Assembly (NCBI RefSeq): GCF_037042905.1
Contig: NC_087245.1
Span: 15,874,001-15,938,000, forward strand
Length of the DNA: 64,000 bases
Reading direction: 5' to 3'
From: Lytechinus pictus
Taxonomy: Eukaryota
This document shows positions 27,885-40,291 of the stretch, in pieces. Made by a program: the position numbers and the translations under genes. Every line of letters starts with the position of its first letter. Positions within the stretch are counted from its first letter, which is position 1. The notes beneath the pieces were generated by a model. The model worked only from the letters and a program-made list of their open reading frames with translations. It ran no database searches and was not told the DNA's origin.

Positions 27885-28446
27885 CAACTATAACTATTCA
27901 ACTAGAACGCCATGATCATTTCGATGAATGTTTGTATTACCTTAATAGTGCATCGTTTCCAACCATGATTGTGGACATAAACACTTAATGCAACTCTTCA
28001 ACCTAATGGTAGATTAAACCAGCAAAAATGCCCGGCAAAAATGTGGCAGGAACTTGCTCTCAGATCTCCGTAGCGTATCTCATACAGAGCCACATTGCTA
28101 TAGATTTGCTCCCTGAATATGAGATTCACCACACCAGTCCTTGTCATCGACCATAGTTCACATTAAATCGACGTATCAAGTACATCCTTAGGATGCTACA
28201 CTCCTATCGGTTACACTTTGATGTGCAGCTCCTCTAGGACTTGAATGTTTGTAGCAACATTGTCACTTGAACCTCAAGTTCTGAGGTTTCCGATGGGGGT
28301 ACTGGGCTATCGGTAAGTCTTACGCAAGGGAATGATAATTACGCTAATCTGCAAACAGACTGCATTAAACTTCATTGTGAACCCGGTGTTTTAGTGGTGT
28401 CTTTTACAATGTTTAAGTATCGACTCGGATTCAAGCAAACACTTAC

Positions 28447-28790
28447 CTTGTTTTCAGCAAGCATTCGTGTTCTCGTCCAAGGCTGTGTGCACGCAAAACC
28501 GCATGGGCGAGCTCAGATGAAACGAAATCTCTCACCTTCCATCAAAAGAATAAATCGAACTTGGCGTTTTGGGGTGTTAACCGAGACAACCAATGTTCAA
28601 TGCTTTATTGACATTTGAGGTATCGCCTTTCACAAATGATACCGACGGAGCATTGCTTGTGCCAAGCAAACGATCGACAGTCACACCAGTATGTTGTCGT
28701 CCATGCATGCCCCAATGAGTACCTGTACTATCCGAATTTGAAGTGGCGTTTCCATAGCCGGATAGTTCACTCTGCTCTGTCACACTAATA
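28447..28790 (-). other. Candidate first exon of a minus-strand gene
   Basis: Consensus donor CAAG|GTAAGT at 28447/28446. Inr-like ATTAGT near 28787. GC/CpG-richer unique sequence. The last ATG gives MLAENK in phase 0. Confidence 0.45.
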
Positions 28791-29964
28791 ATCTTAATTC
28801 CGAACAGCAGACTGATCGTATGTCATTTAAAATAATGCAAATTGTACTGTTTGCTCTGGGGTCGGTCTCGGCTGCTTGTCTGTAATATTGCCATGCTCAG
28901 AGCGAAATTGGTATATTAAATCCTTTTTAGCCGGTGAACGAGTTGATACACGAACATAAAGAGCGAAATGAATCAGACCCTCAATAAAAATAAATGGGTC
29001 ACTGAATAAAAAAATGTAGGAAAGGACTGGAAACAGACGGATGCAGGGAGGTGATAATGAGACAATGGGATGGTATAATAATCCTAAGTCTGTAATCGGC
29101 TTATTCTGACCAAGGAGTTGGGAGTCCAAACTCCCTGTTCTGACCGTTGCGCTGAACGTTGTTCCTTCCCTCCAATCACCCTTCCCATTCCGCAGGGCCT
29201 TCCTCCACCCCCTGATCATGTAGCTATTAGCTCCATGCCCTGATATTACAATACTAAGGCAACACACCGTAAGTGTCTATTATAAACTTTGAATGACTCT
29301 GATCCCAAACCGATAATAAGAATCAATTTTTTAACATGAAATTATCAATAAATGACATTGGTGGCCCTAGATTCGTAATTTCTTATTTTTGTTGATTTTT
29401 TTCTGTGAAAGTTTTTTACAAATCTATCAATTAAACAAGGAATAATATTGCTTCATGCAAAATTTCTGGATTATTTTCCTTACTCCCTTAAAAAAAAAAA
29501 AAAAAAAAAAACCTTCGTATACAACCAAAATCACATTTCCGCCATATATTTGTACAGCGATGACATTCAAAATGTTTAGTCAACACAGATGGGGCCCGTC
29601 GCACAAATAATTGCAATCAATCGCTAGTGGTGATGCCCAATCAAGATCGCCGTTGCATGCGCGTATTGTTCAAACACACTCAGGGACTAATCAAAACTAT
29701 TCTTTTATGTTTGAAATATATCGTTGCCTCATCCTGATGGTTCTTGGTTAAAACCTGTTTCAACACCGTTCTATTGTGGCAATGGGGATGTTGCGCAAGG
29801 TGCCCTCTGAGACACTTGAAACACGTTTCACCCATTCAACAGACCATTTCCTCCCCTTATACTTCGCTTCTTTTTAGCCGACATGTGAGAAGTGTTTTCG
29901 CCGAATACTTCGGTTGTCATTTCGATGCTTCATGCATTCTTTTTTCAACAATGCCCCTACATTT

Positions 29965-30265
29965 TTAGATCAGTACCTATTCTTCAGGTTTAATGCACCG
30001 ACAAAGGATGATTCGTTTTATTGCCAAGATCCTCTTAAAATAATACACTGGGTGTGACAACAAGTTTCGCAAATCTACTTAATCCTTTTAGAGCAACACT
30101 TAAAAAAGGATAGTCAATATGGCTTCTCAATAACACAATCGATGTTGTTATTTTCATTAACTAAGACCCTGTCACGTATTACCGAAATCTTAGATCAGTA
30201 CCTATTCTACGAGTTTAATGCACCGACAAAGGATGATTCGTTTTATTGCCAAGACCCTCTTAAAA
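29965..30265 (+). repeat. 76-bp direct repeat (29965-30040, 30190-30265) around a 149-bp insert
   Basis: TTAGATCAGTACCTATTC...CCTCTTAAAA occurs twice with few substitutions. Confidence 0.9.
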
Positions 30266-31620
30266 GAGAAACGAGTCTGTATATTGCAATTTCAACTAGT
30301 TTCGGGTATTTTTTTAACAGAAGCTGCATGTGCACAAGCGCAGCCGTATTGAAATGATAAATTTCACAAATCTAGTTACGTCTGACGAAAAAAAAAATAT
30401 ATACAACGAAGGTAGACAGTATCCTTATTCGGTAAAATGTGACAGGGTCTTTTTTTCAGAACGTATCCCGTATTTTATGTCGAAGTACATATGTCATGTA
30501 TGTGGTCCGCACGTCATGCCCCGATTGTAGTTTGGTAGGTTATGACTCCTGTATCATAATGCACGAGATAAATTGATTGATTGTAGCGTAATCAAGATGA
30601 TCCGCTTGCCGAATTCCTCCCTCTCTCATTTTCTTGTCGCGTATCTTAATTAGCATACGAGATTAATCACGTGAAAGCATGGAGAATTTACTCACAAAGT
30701 GGACTCGTAACCACCACCATGGATTTCACGTCTGAGATTTTGGATGAAATTACCCAAAACAAAACATCCGATGGATGGTATTTCAGTGTGGGATCTGGGA
30801 TGCTAGACAAAGGAGGGGAATGGTGTTGTGTATCGACCTATATATATAGTAGGAGAGAAAAAAGGGTTTGTAAACGAATAGACATAAGTTTTCATTTACA
30901 CTAAAACCAATATAACCAATAAATAAGGTATAATAAATGTTGTTTCACAAGACAGCTAATCTTATTGAATGTTTGTTCCTTTTTGCATTCAGAAAGCCAA
31001 TTCTGAGTCTTTGTAGCCCAATCATATTTTAAGGATTGTTTTAAAGACTATACACAAAAAAATGTAGCTCTAATAATGTTACGTCATAAATGAAGGAAAT
31101 ATTCAGCAATTTTGTTTGGTCCAAAACAATTTAACTCAAAATACAATACTCGATTTTGGTATGAATTCTACCACACCAAACTTGTTTGATTCGAATTCCA
31201 AAACAAAAGGAGTAATGAGAGCTAGAGCAACAGACGTATAAAAACATGAAAAGCAGAAATGAAAGAAATGGAAAGCAGGGGAAGGGGTAAACATTCCATA
31301 ATCATTTGCGAATTATTTTACATCGAAATATCTCCCACCACCATGTTCTCGATTTATTGAACTGGATTCTTTAATCCATGTCTGAACAATTTAGGTATTC
31401 CTTGGTGTCATTTCAAGGTATCGTTTTGAACTTGCTGCAAGTAAAATCTTAATTTTGACATTTCTCCTAGAGGAAAGAATACATCACATTCATTTCTTCA
31501 ACATCATGTTGTTTCTTCGTGTAAGCGGAGATATCAATCGAGGAATCTTCATTTACTTATTCAGAGCTTGCGGCGCCAATCCGGGAATGCCAAGTTTGAA
31601 GGAAATCATTACGTGTTTCA

Positions 31621-31926
31621 AATGACAGGGATTAAGTACTTTCAAAGTAAATGTTACAAAGTTGTTTCATTTCATTATGTAAAAATATGTAAAGTTAGAA
31701 ATATGAATCATGTTTTCTTATTAGCGGCATTAGTTACAATAGAAATTAAGACCAGAATATTCGACCGCCTTTCTAATGATAGGGTTTAAGTACTTTCAAA
31801 GTAAATGTTACAAAGTTGTTTCATTTCATCATGTAGAAATATGTAAAGTTAGAAATATGAATCATGTTTTCTTATTAGCGGCATTAGTTACAATAGAAAA
31901 TTAAGACCATAATATTCGACCGCCTT
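31621..31926 (+). repeat. ~152-bp tandem duplication
   Basis: 31621-31771 is repeated at 31775-31926. Confidence 0.92.
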
Positions 31927-32158
31927 GAGCCTAAAATATATAAAATCACAAATAATCCAGACATGTTATGTATCATTTTGTTCATGTGATATAAGTTGAA
32001 CATATTTTATAAAGGTTGTTTGATAACAATGAGGAAATGAGCAAGACATTAAGAAAATATACATGCTGCGCCAGCGGGGTAAAAAAAGATGAAGTACAGA
32101 GATTAAAAGCAATGGGACAATGTTATAATGCGATGCGAAAGATATTGTATGTTTGAAT

Positions 32159-32347
32159 TTGCCAGCGCCATAATGAGGCTGCGATGAATGCAAGGAATGC
32201 TCCCCAGGGAGTGGAAATTGTGCACTTTTCGTGCGGGATTGAAATGAATCCAATGACCAGGGTAATAATATGCTGTAACGCGCTTTGGGCCATTCTGGGA
32301 AAAGCGCTTTATAAAAATTGGCTATTATTATTATTATTATTATTATA
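32159..32347 (+). mobile_element. 5'-truncated SINE (family A) with L2/CR1-like tail and (TAT)n end
   Basis: Core AATGCTCCCCAGGGAGTGGAAA. Tail TGTAACGCGCTTTGGG...AAAAGCGCTTTATAAA followed by (TAT)n. Confidence 0.75.
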
Positions 32348-33935
32348 AGAAAGGGATGATGAATACCAACGAATATTGCATGGTGATATTGAAAAAAGTA
32401 TGTATTTGTCGGGACCCCCTCCCCTTATCTAATTCAATATAGCCATAAGCAAAGAAAAAACAAACTTCTATAACGAAATAATTCACATTACGGGCCAAAG
32501 GGAAAATGACAAGGAGATGATCTAAATTAATCAAAACTGCCTTTCTTTATGTACGACATGCAATATATCTGCATTACTACCATAATCAAGCTTAATTACT
32601 CTTTGAATTATTGTGTCTACCCGCCCCTCTCTTCTTCCAACCAAGTTGGTTTGCCACCTCCTTACAATACGAATTAAGAACATGGAATGAATGTTATTTT
32701 CGCTGCAACTAATGAGAGCAGAAAGGCCTTGACGTTCCTTACTACTGAAGATCAAGAGCCCCCAGCAGCGAAAACAGTGGGGATTCGTTTCCTTCGAGAC
32801 AAGTGAAGACCGAAATGAAATTCTCTGGATTGCTTTTCGAAGGACTACTGGTAAGGGATTTGAGACTCCTTGATCGGTGCCATTATGTGTGGCGAAGTAA
32901 CGTAAGTGCGGGTCGCCCCTTTACACCTCCCACCCCCGCTGGTAGTCAACGATGACACTTCTGACCTATATTTGTTTGCAGTGGTCACAAGAGAATGTTC
33001 ACATGTTAACATAGAAATTCTAAATTTAATCAGTCTTGACTTTAAATAGACGGTTTCAGCCTTTTTCCCCTCCATCTTTCTCATTCCCTCTCCATAAATG
33101 ACAGTCACGCTTTGCGGCCACTTAGGTTTAGTCATGATTTAAAAAAGATAGATAGGACAGTCACTCAATATCTATTTTCAAACGGATTAGTTACAGTATT
33201 CAAAAGTGCGAAAGTTACCAAAGGGAAAAATATAACTTTGCATACAGTTGTTTATAATATAAACTCCCGACCAACGTAAGTGACTAACAAAAATATAGAT
33301 CTTGTTTTCTTTCTTTTTGTTTTCTTCTTTCCTGAAATTTTTATCGCCACTCTATTCAGAGAGGTTAAGTGTTATTCCATGACTGCACAATAAAATGTAA
33401 TTGTTGCAAATTTTGTTAACAAATATTAACAGCAATTCTTTTTTTCATCACAAGATGAAGAACTAATATCCTAAATTACTAAATTGTTTAATGGCTGTGC
33501 TTTACCGGCTATCATTACGAAACATGTCGAGCGAGGCTGGATTGCATCAACTACATATATCCTGAATATTCGACGTCAAAATTATTAAAAGGGAAAATAG
33601 CCAATATTACTAGGCACCTTTTCATTATACATGCATACTTACCCGTGTTTTACATGTAAGTAGCATTCTAATATTCCAATGTAATCAATGTTCAGTTGTG
33701 TGTTATGCCGGTACTATACTTATGTAATCAAGAACGAGGGTGTTTTGCAGGAGCCTTGGCATTCATTAGCTTAATGCTATTGACCTCGAACGATGGTCCA
33801 GTGATTATGACGTCGGTATGATTGTGAGTAGCAACATTATATGGTCATGATGTTCTGTTATTAGCACCAATGCTAGGGGCCATAAAGCGATTAGTACCGT
33901 CAGCATTGCAATCACCGTCGTCGTTAATGCCGCTA

Positions 33936-34195
33936 TCGTTATCACCATCGTCGTCATAGACCTTATCATTATATTTCACTATAATCTTCATACTCATCAT
34001 ATCATCATTTCCTTCGCCGTAGTTATGAAGATCACCGTGGTAGTTAACGTCATTGTCATCATCATCATCACCATCTACACCATCATCACCATCATCATAG
34101 TCATCATCATCATCGTCATCATAATCATCTTCATCATCATCATCTTCGTCATCAACATCATCAGATCGTCATCACTATCATCGTCACCGTCATCT
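33936..34195. repeat. Degenerate (CAT)n microsatellite
   Basis: Direct reading. Confidence 0.9.
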
Positions 34196-35365
34196 TAAAT
34201 AACCACAAAAAGATGTCATTATCACCACTGTCAATATCAGCAGCACTGTCATGACAGTCGTCCTCAATATTTAGTTGTTTTCATTCGTTAAGCATTTTCG
34301 TAAGCTTTATCAGTTTCAATATACACTTGAATCCATTTTTACGATCACTGTGATGCCCAATTGCCCATCATCAATTTTACGATTTTTTCATTAAAAAAAT
34401 TTCAAGCTATCTGACCATGCATTCGATTAAGCATATCAACAAACATCAATGATAAATTTTTAAATCGCGCAACCCTGCGGCCTTTCTTTCCAAACCATGA
34501 CCATTGCACAGCTTCTCGTGCTCAACCCTCGATCGCTCAATTCAGGAGTCTCGCGGTTGATTGGTAGAAAGGAGGGGCAGGATGTTACTTGCATTATACC
34601 TCCATGGGGAGCCACCAACTATGATTTGAACACGCGTCAAGAGCCTTGAACATCACATGGGGGTAATAGATATGGGTCCAGGAGGGGAGGGGGGGGGTAC
34701 TTTGTCGAGAAGGAGGGCGAACGATGGCATCTTTGCACATGAATTATAATTTCATGCAACTTTATCAGTCATAATGTCTGCTCGCAGCTCAACCCTGTTT
34801 TATCACCCAGAGGCAAGAAAGAAATGAAAGGAAGACTTTGTGACCCTTTTCACATTGCATTGACAGTGTCTTCATGATTTTAATCTAAAATAGTAGTCAT
34901 AATCGAGAGAACATACTAATAGTAACATAATGAACTTCAGTGGTTATTCACTTTAACACGTTTGGATCTGCATTCTATTTTCATCAATATGTGACATATT
35001 GAATGAACAAGATAAATTATCATTCATCGTATTTATCTTCAAGATAAGGATCCCACGCATACACCCTACCCTATGCTCCCCATACAAATGCATATAATAT
35101 ACTCTTAAATCCTCCCCAAAAAGTACATACATTGGTGTCGAAATTCATATTGTCAGATTAAGACAATGCGTTCATATCTTACTTAGATGTAATATTTTGA
35201 TTATGAATGCGCCGTATAATGGCTATACACATATTAATTATTTACTCTAAAATATTTGCGATTTCAGGTTTCCCCTCCACTCCCATCTCTTTCTCCTTCT
35301 CTCTCTCTATCTCTTCCTCACTCTGGCTCTCTCTCCTCCATCACTCTCTAATTTATTTGTCATGA

Positions 35366-35393
35366 CTATCGTTATCTACCTGCCTATCTATTT

Positions 35394-35426
<33 letters not shown>

Positions 35427-35448
35427 TTACTTATCTATCTATCTGTCC

Positions 35449-35521
<73 letters not shown>

Positions 35522-35684
35522 TTATCTATCATCTATCTATTTAGCTATATATCTATTTATCTATATATTTATCCATCTATCTATCTGTCTATCTATCTGT
35601 CTACCTATTATATATCTATCTATATGTCATCTATCTATCTATCTATCTCTATATATCTATCTCTCTATCTATCCATCTATCTAT
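35366..35684. repeat. (TATC)n / (GATA)n microsatellite
   Basis: Direct reading. Confidence 0.95.
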
Positions 35685-36386
35685 TCGTGTATTTCTCTCT
35701 ACATCGACTCACGTCGCCAATTCCTTGATTTAACATACTACATCCACACAGGAAACCGGTGTCCCTTTTCCTTCTCATAAGTCTGCTATGTTTCTTTCTG
35801 CCTCGTCGCCATCACCTTTTTAGCACACACGGTATTCTTGCAATGTCTTGGTAAAGAAGCAAAACCACGGGGAATCTAAAGTGGGGTTGGCGATGACAGT
35901 ACCATATGATAACAGGTGCTAATTAAACGAGGATGCACTGATATTTAAACTCTAGAATTACACATCCTTCCTATCGATATTCCACGAAATATGAAAAACA
36001 TGCGATGATTGACCGTGTTTGACTGCACCCATGTTAGCCAAGTGTCGCGAATCTATGCGCAGGATGGTCAACCGCAGCGTACAGACGTTCGAAAAATGTG
36101 ATTTTCTTCACGGCTTAACAATCATTGCTCATCGGGTAAACAAATCCGTTTTGGGTTTGAGTTTTGTCACTTGCACTTAAGGCTGTCAAGCAATGGTGTC
36201 CAACCACATTTTAAACATGTTAAGAATGTTTGAATTATTTGGGATTCGTTTATATCACATTGCCATTTATAATGTTTATTGAATTGACCGATGCCAGTTG
36301 AACTTCATGATTTACAATGATTGTATTGTCAATATCATTACCCCATAAGCCAGAATTCAGTCTCATCGCAATAGTGAACCATCTTA

Positions 36387-37572
36387 AGCCCCTTTCACAA
36401 TTGACGTACGACCATTTGCGACCTTTTGGTCGTGCGACAGGCTGCAACAGGCATCAATCGCTAGTCATCTCGTAAGATCGCACAGAGGCTTTCACAGTTG
36501 CAACAGCTGTCGTACAACAAAAACAACCAGTAAACCCCGTTGCACGAGAAAGTCGCATATGCTCTTATTGTGCTCGTGCGATCACATGCGAGTGTTGCAC
36601 GAGGGATTGCGAGTGGAACGGTCGCATACATGCGAATGAAACGGTAGTGCAATGTTGTAAGCCGTTGCGATCGGTCTTGCAACAGTCTTATGGCCCATAT
36701 TATTATCGCAACCAGTCGCAAGACAGGTCTCTGTACATGTAGGTCGCTTGCACATGTGCAAGTGTTGCACGACCTCCAGTCAAGTAAATGCGACTACTTA
36801 GTTGTGCCACCTCTCGCACCAAGTCGTACAACGTTGAACAACACTCGCACGATGATCGCCCGACCGATGGTACGACCCCGGGTACGGCCTGATGCGAGTG
36901 AATCGATCGTATTTGATCGCGTTTGGATTTTGAACATGTTCAAAGTTCAGATGTGACCAATCACGACCACCTCGAGTTCGTGCGACCGTCTACAACGACT
37001 GCGAGTGCTCGCAAGACACCAAGAGATCGATCGTGCAACAACAAGAAAAAACTGTTGCAGGCGGTCGTAAACTGGTCGGACGTCAAATGTGAAAGGGGCT
37101 GAACGGTCGCATACATGCGAATGCAACGGTAGTGGAATGTAGTAAGCCGTAATTTCGATCGGTCTTGCAACAGTCTCATATTATCGCACCCAGTCGCAAG
37201 ACTGGTCTCTGTAGGTCTCCAGCACATGTGCAAGTGTTGTACGACCTCCAGGCGACTAAATGCGACTATACTTAGTTGTGCCACCTCTCGCACCAAGTCG
37301 TACAACGTTGAACAACACTCACACGATGATCGCCCGACCGATGGTACGACCTGTTGCGAGTGAATCAATCGTATTTGGTCGCGTTTGGATTTTGAACATG
37401 TTCAAAGTTCAGATGCGACCAGTCACGATCACCTCCGACCACCTCGAGTTTGTGCGATCGTCTACAACGACTGCGAGTGCTCGCAGGACACCAAGGGATC
37501 GATCGTGCAACAACAAGAAAAAACTGCTGCAGGTGGTCGTAAACAGGTCGTACGTCAATTGTGAAAGGGGCT
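36387..37572 (+). mobile_element. Composite Harbinger-like MITE: full unit A (36387-37100) + right-part unit B (37101-37572)
   Basis: TIR AGCCCCTTTCACAATTGACGTACGACC at the left end. Inverted TIRs end at 37100 and 37572. TTA/TAA flanks. Confidence 0.88.
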
Positions 37573-37658
37573 TAATGAACAGCTTTATGAAACAAACCCT
37601 GATTTGTCCACCACCGATGTGCATATCTTCGCCCTCATACGCATCGTTATGCAAACAT

Positions 37659-38030
37659 GCACTCGCAGTCGTTGTAGACGATCGCACGAACTCGAGGTGG
37701 TCGTGACTGGTCGCATCTGAACTTTGAAGATGTTCAAAATCCAAACGCGATCAAATACGATCGATTCACTCGCATCTGATCGTACCATCGTTCTAGAGAT
37801 CATCGTGTGATCGTTGTTCAACGTTGTACGACTTGATGCGAGATGTGGCACAACTAAGTAGTCGCATTTAGTCGACTGGAGGTCGTACAACACTTGCACA
37901 TGTGCTAGCGACCTATAGAGACCAGTCTTGCGACTGGATGCGATAATATATAGGCCATAAGACTGTTGTAAGACCGATCACAACACGGCTTACAGCATTG
38001 CACTACCGTTGCATTCGCATGTATGCGACC
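37659..38030 (-). mobile_element. Internal fragment (C) of the same MITE, inverted
   Basis: Reverse complement of approximately 36620-37010. Confidence 0.85.
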
Positions 38031-38058
38031 TTTCCTCGGTGTTACAAAATAGGAGTTA

Positions 38059-39920
38059 AGCCCCTTTCACAACTGACGTACGACCAGTTTACGACCGCCT
38101 ACAACGATTTTTTCTTGTTGTTGCACGATCGATCTCTTGATGTCTTGCGAGCACTCGCAGTTGTTGTAGACGGTCGCACGAACGCGAGGTGGTCGTGATT
38201 GGTCGCATCTGAACTTTGAAGATGTTCAAAATCCAAACGCGATCAAATACGATCGATTCACTCGCATCAGGTCGTAACATCGGTCGGGCGATCATCGTGT
38301 GAGTGTTGTTCAACGTTGTACGACTTGGTGCGAGAGGTGGCACAACTAAGTAGTCGCATTTACTCGACTGGAGGTCGTACAACACTTGCACATGTGCTAA
38401 TGACTTAAGCCCCTTTCACAATTGACGTACGACCTGTTTACGACCGCCTGCAACAGTTTTTTCTTGTTGTTGCACGATCGATCTCTTGGTGTCTTGCGAG
38501 CACTCGCAGTGGTTGTAGACGAACGCACGAATTTGAGGTGGTCGTGACTGGTCGCATCTGAATTTGAACATGTTCAAAATCCAAACGCGATCAAATACGA
38601 TTGATTTACTCGCATCAGGTCGTACCATCGGTCGGGCGATCATCGTGTGAGTGTTGTTCAACGTTGTACGACTTGGTGCGAGAGGTGACACAACTACGTA
38701 TAGTCGCATTTAGTCGACTGGAGGTCGTACAACACTTGCACATGCGCTAGATACCTACAGAGACCAGTCTTGCGACTGGTTGCAATAATATAAGACTGTT
38801 GCAAGACCGATCGAAATTACGGCTTACAACATTCCACTACCGTTGCATTCGCATGTATGCGACCGTACAGCCCCTTTCACAATTGACATCCGACCAGTTT
38901 ACGACCGCCTGCAACAGTTTTTTCCTGCTGTTGCACGATCGATCTCTTGGTGACTTGCGAGCACTCGCAGTCGTTGTAGACGGTCGCACGAACTCGAGGT
39001 GGTCGTGACTGGTCACATCTGAACTTTGAACATGTTCAAAATCCGAATGCGATCAAATACGACCGATTCACTCGCATCAGCTCGTATCCGGGGTCGTACC
39101 ATCGGTCGGGCGATCATCGTGGGAGTGTTGTTCAACGTTGCACGACCTGGTGCGAGAGGTTGCACAACTAAGTAGTCACATTTACTCGACTGGAGGTCGT
39201 ACAACACTTGCACATGTGCTAGCGACCTACATGTACAGAGACCTGTCTTGCGACTGGGTGCAATAATATGATGGGCCATAAGACTGTTGCAAGACCGATC
39301 GCAACGGCTTACAACATTGCACTACCGTTGTGTGCGACCGTTCCCCTCGCAATCCCTCGTGCAACACTCGCATGTGATCGCACGAGCACAATAGGATCAT
39401 AAGCGACTTACTCGTGCAACGGGTTTCACTGGTTGTTTTTGTTGTACGACAGCTGTTGCAACTGTGAAAGCCTCTGTGCGATATTATGAGATGACTGGCG
39501 ATTGATGCCTGTTGCAGCCTGTCGCACGACCAAAAGGTCGCAAGTGGTCGTACGTCAATTGTGAAAGGGGCTTAACATGTACATAGACCAGTCTTGCGAC
39601 TGGTTGCGATAATAATATAGGCCATAAGACTGTTGCAAGACCGATCGCAACACGGCTTGCAACATTGCACTACCGTTGCATTTGCATGTATGCGACTGTT
39701 CCATTCGCAATCCCTTGTGCAACACTCGCATGTGATCGCACGAGCACAATAAGAGCATATGCGACTTACTCGTGCAACAGGGTTTACTGGTTGTTTTTGT
39801 TGTACGACAGCTGTTGCATTTGTGAAAGCCTCTGTGCGATCTTATGATATGACTAGCGATTGCAGCCTGTCGCACGACCAAAAGGTTGCAAATGGTCGTA
39901 CGTCAATTGTGAAAGGGGCT
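38059..39920 (-). mobile_element. Full copy D of the same MITE (38059-38407 + 39576-39920), split by a nested insertion
   Basis: The two halves rejoin to the element sequence ...GTGCTA(GC)GAC(C)TACATGTACA.... TTA on both outer flanks. Confidence 0.85.
38408..39572 (-). mobile_element. Second copy of the A+B composite, inverted and inserted in copy D
   Basis: The same A/B junction occurs at 38868/38869. It shares variants with 36387-37572. Confidence 0.88.
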
Positions 39921-40152
39921 TTAAAGAAAAATAAATAAATAAATGGACTTACGTTATAGGTTCTTTACTGTACTTATTCCAATCAGTCTTGATGCGAGAC
40001 ATCTATACTTTAAATGGTAAGGACACTCATTACTGATAATACTAAAAAGGGCGTTTTATCTTAACTACTTCATCATAAATTATCTGTAGACGCGAAGATT
40101 GATTGCAAGGCGGAAGCAATGCAGTAATGATAAAATTGTTGCATTTTCATTG

Positions 40153-40291
40153 CAGGGGCCGCGAAGCGGGGGAAGCGCCCCCAGATAATTTAAATGAACT
40201 TTAACAAACACGTACAAAAAAGGTCCATTTGATTTTGGGGTGTTTTTGATCAGCACCCCCCCCCCATTTAAAAACAGTTTTGCTGCCTCTG
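40153..40291. mobile_element. Short poly-G/C MITE (related to 46035-46175, inverted)
   Basis: Termini CAGGGGCCGCG / GCTGCCTCTG. Confidence 0.55.

Noticed and set aside
28827..29267. 146-aa minus-strand ORF
   Set aside because: It has a non-ATG start, no recognisable domain and no bounding splice sites. It is more likely upstream or promoter sequence.
35362..35544. YLSI-repeat ORF, and the IY/VC-repeat ORFs at 45220-45521
   Set aside because: They are microsatellite translations.
36461..39881. Many repeated ORFs (e.g. VVPPLAPSRTTLNNT...) in the array
   Set aside because: They are by-products of a GC-rich MITE repeated on both strands. Frames shift between copies and no transposase or Myb/SANT motifs are visible.
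36387..39920. CRISPR-like reading of the recurring AGCCCCTTTCACAATTGACG repeat
   Set aside because: The repeats are TIRs in both orientations, separated by homologous 350-700 bp bodies rather than unique short spacers. There are no cas genes and the context is eukaryotic.
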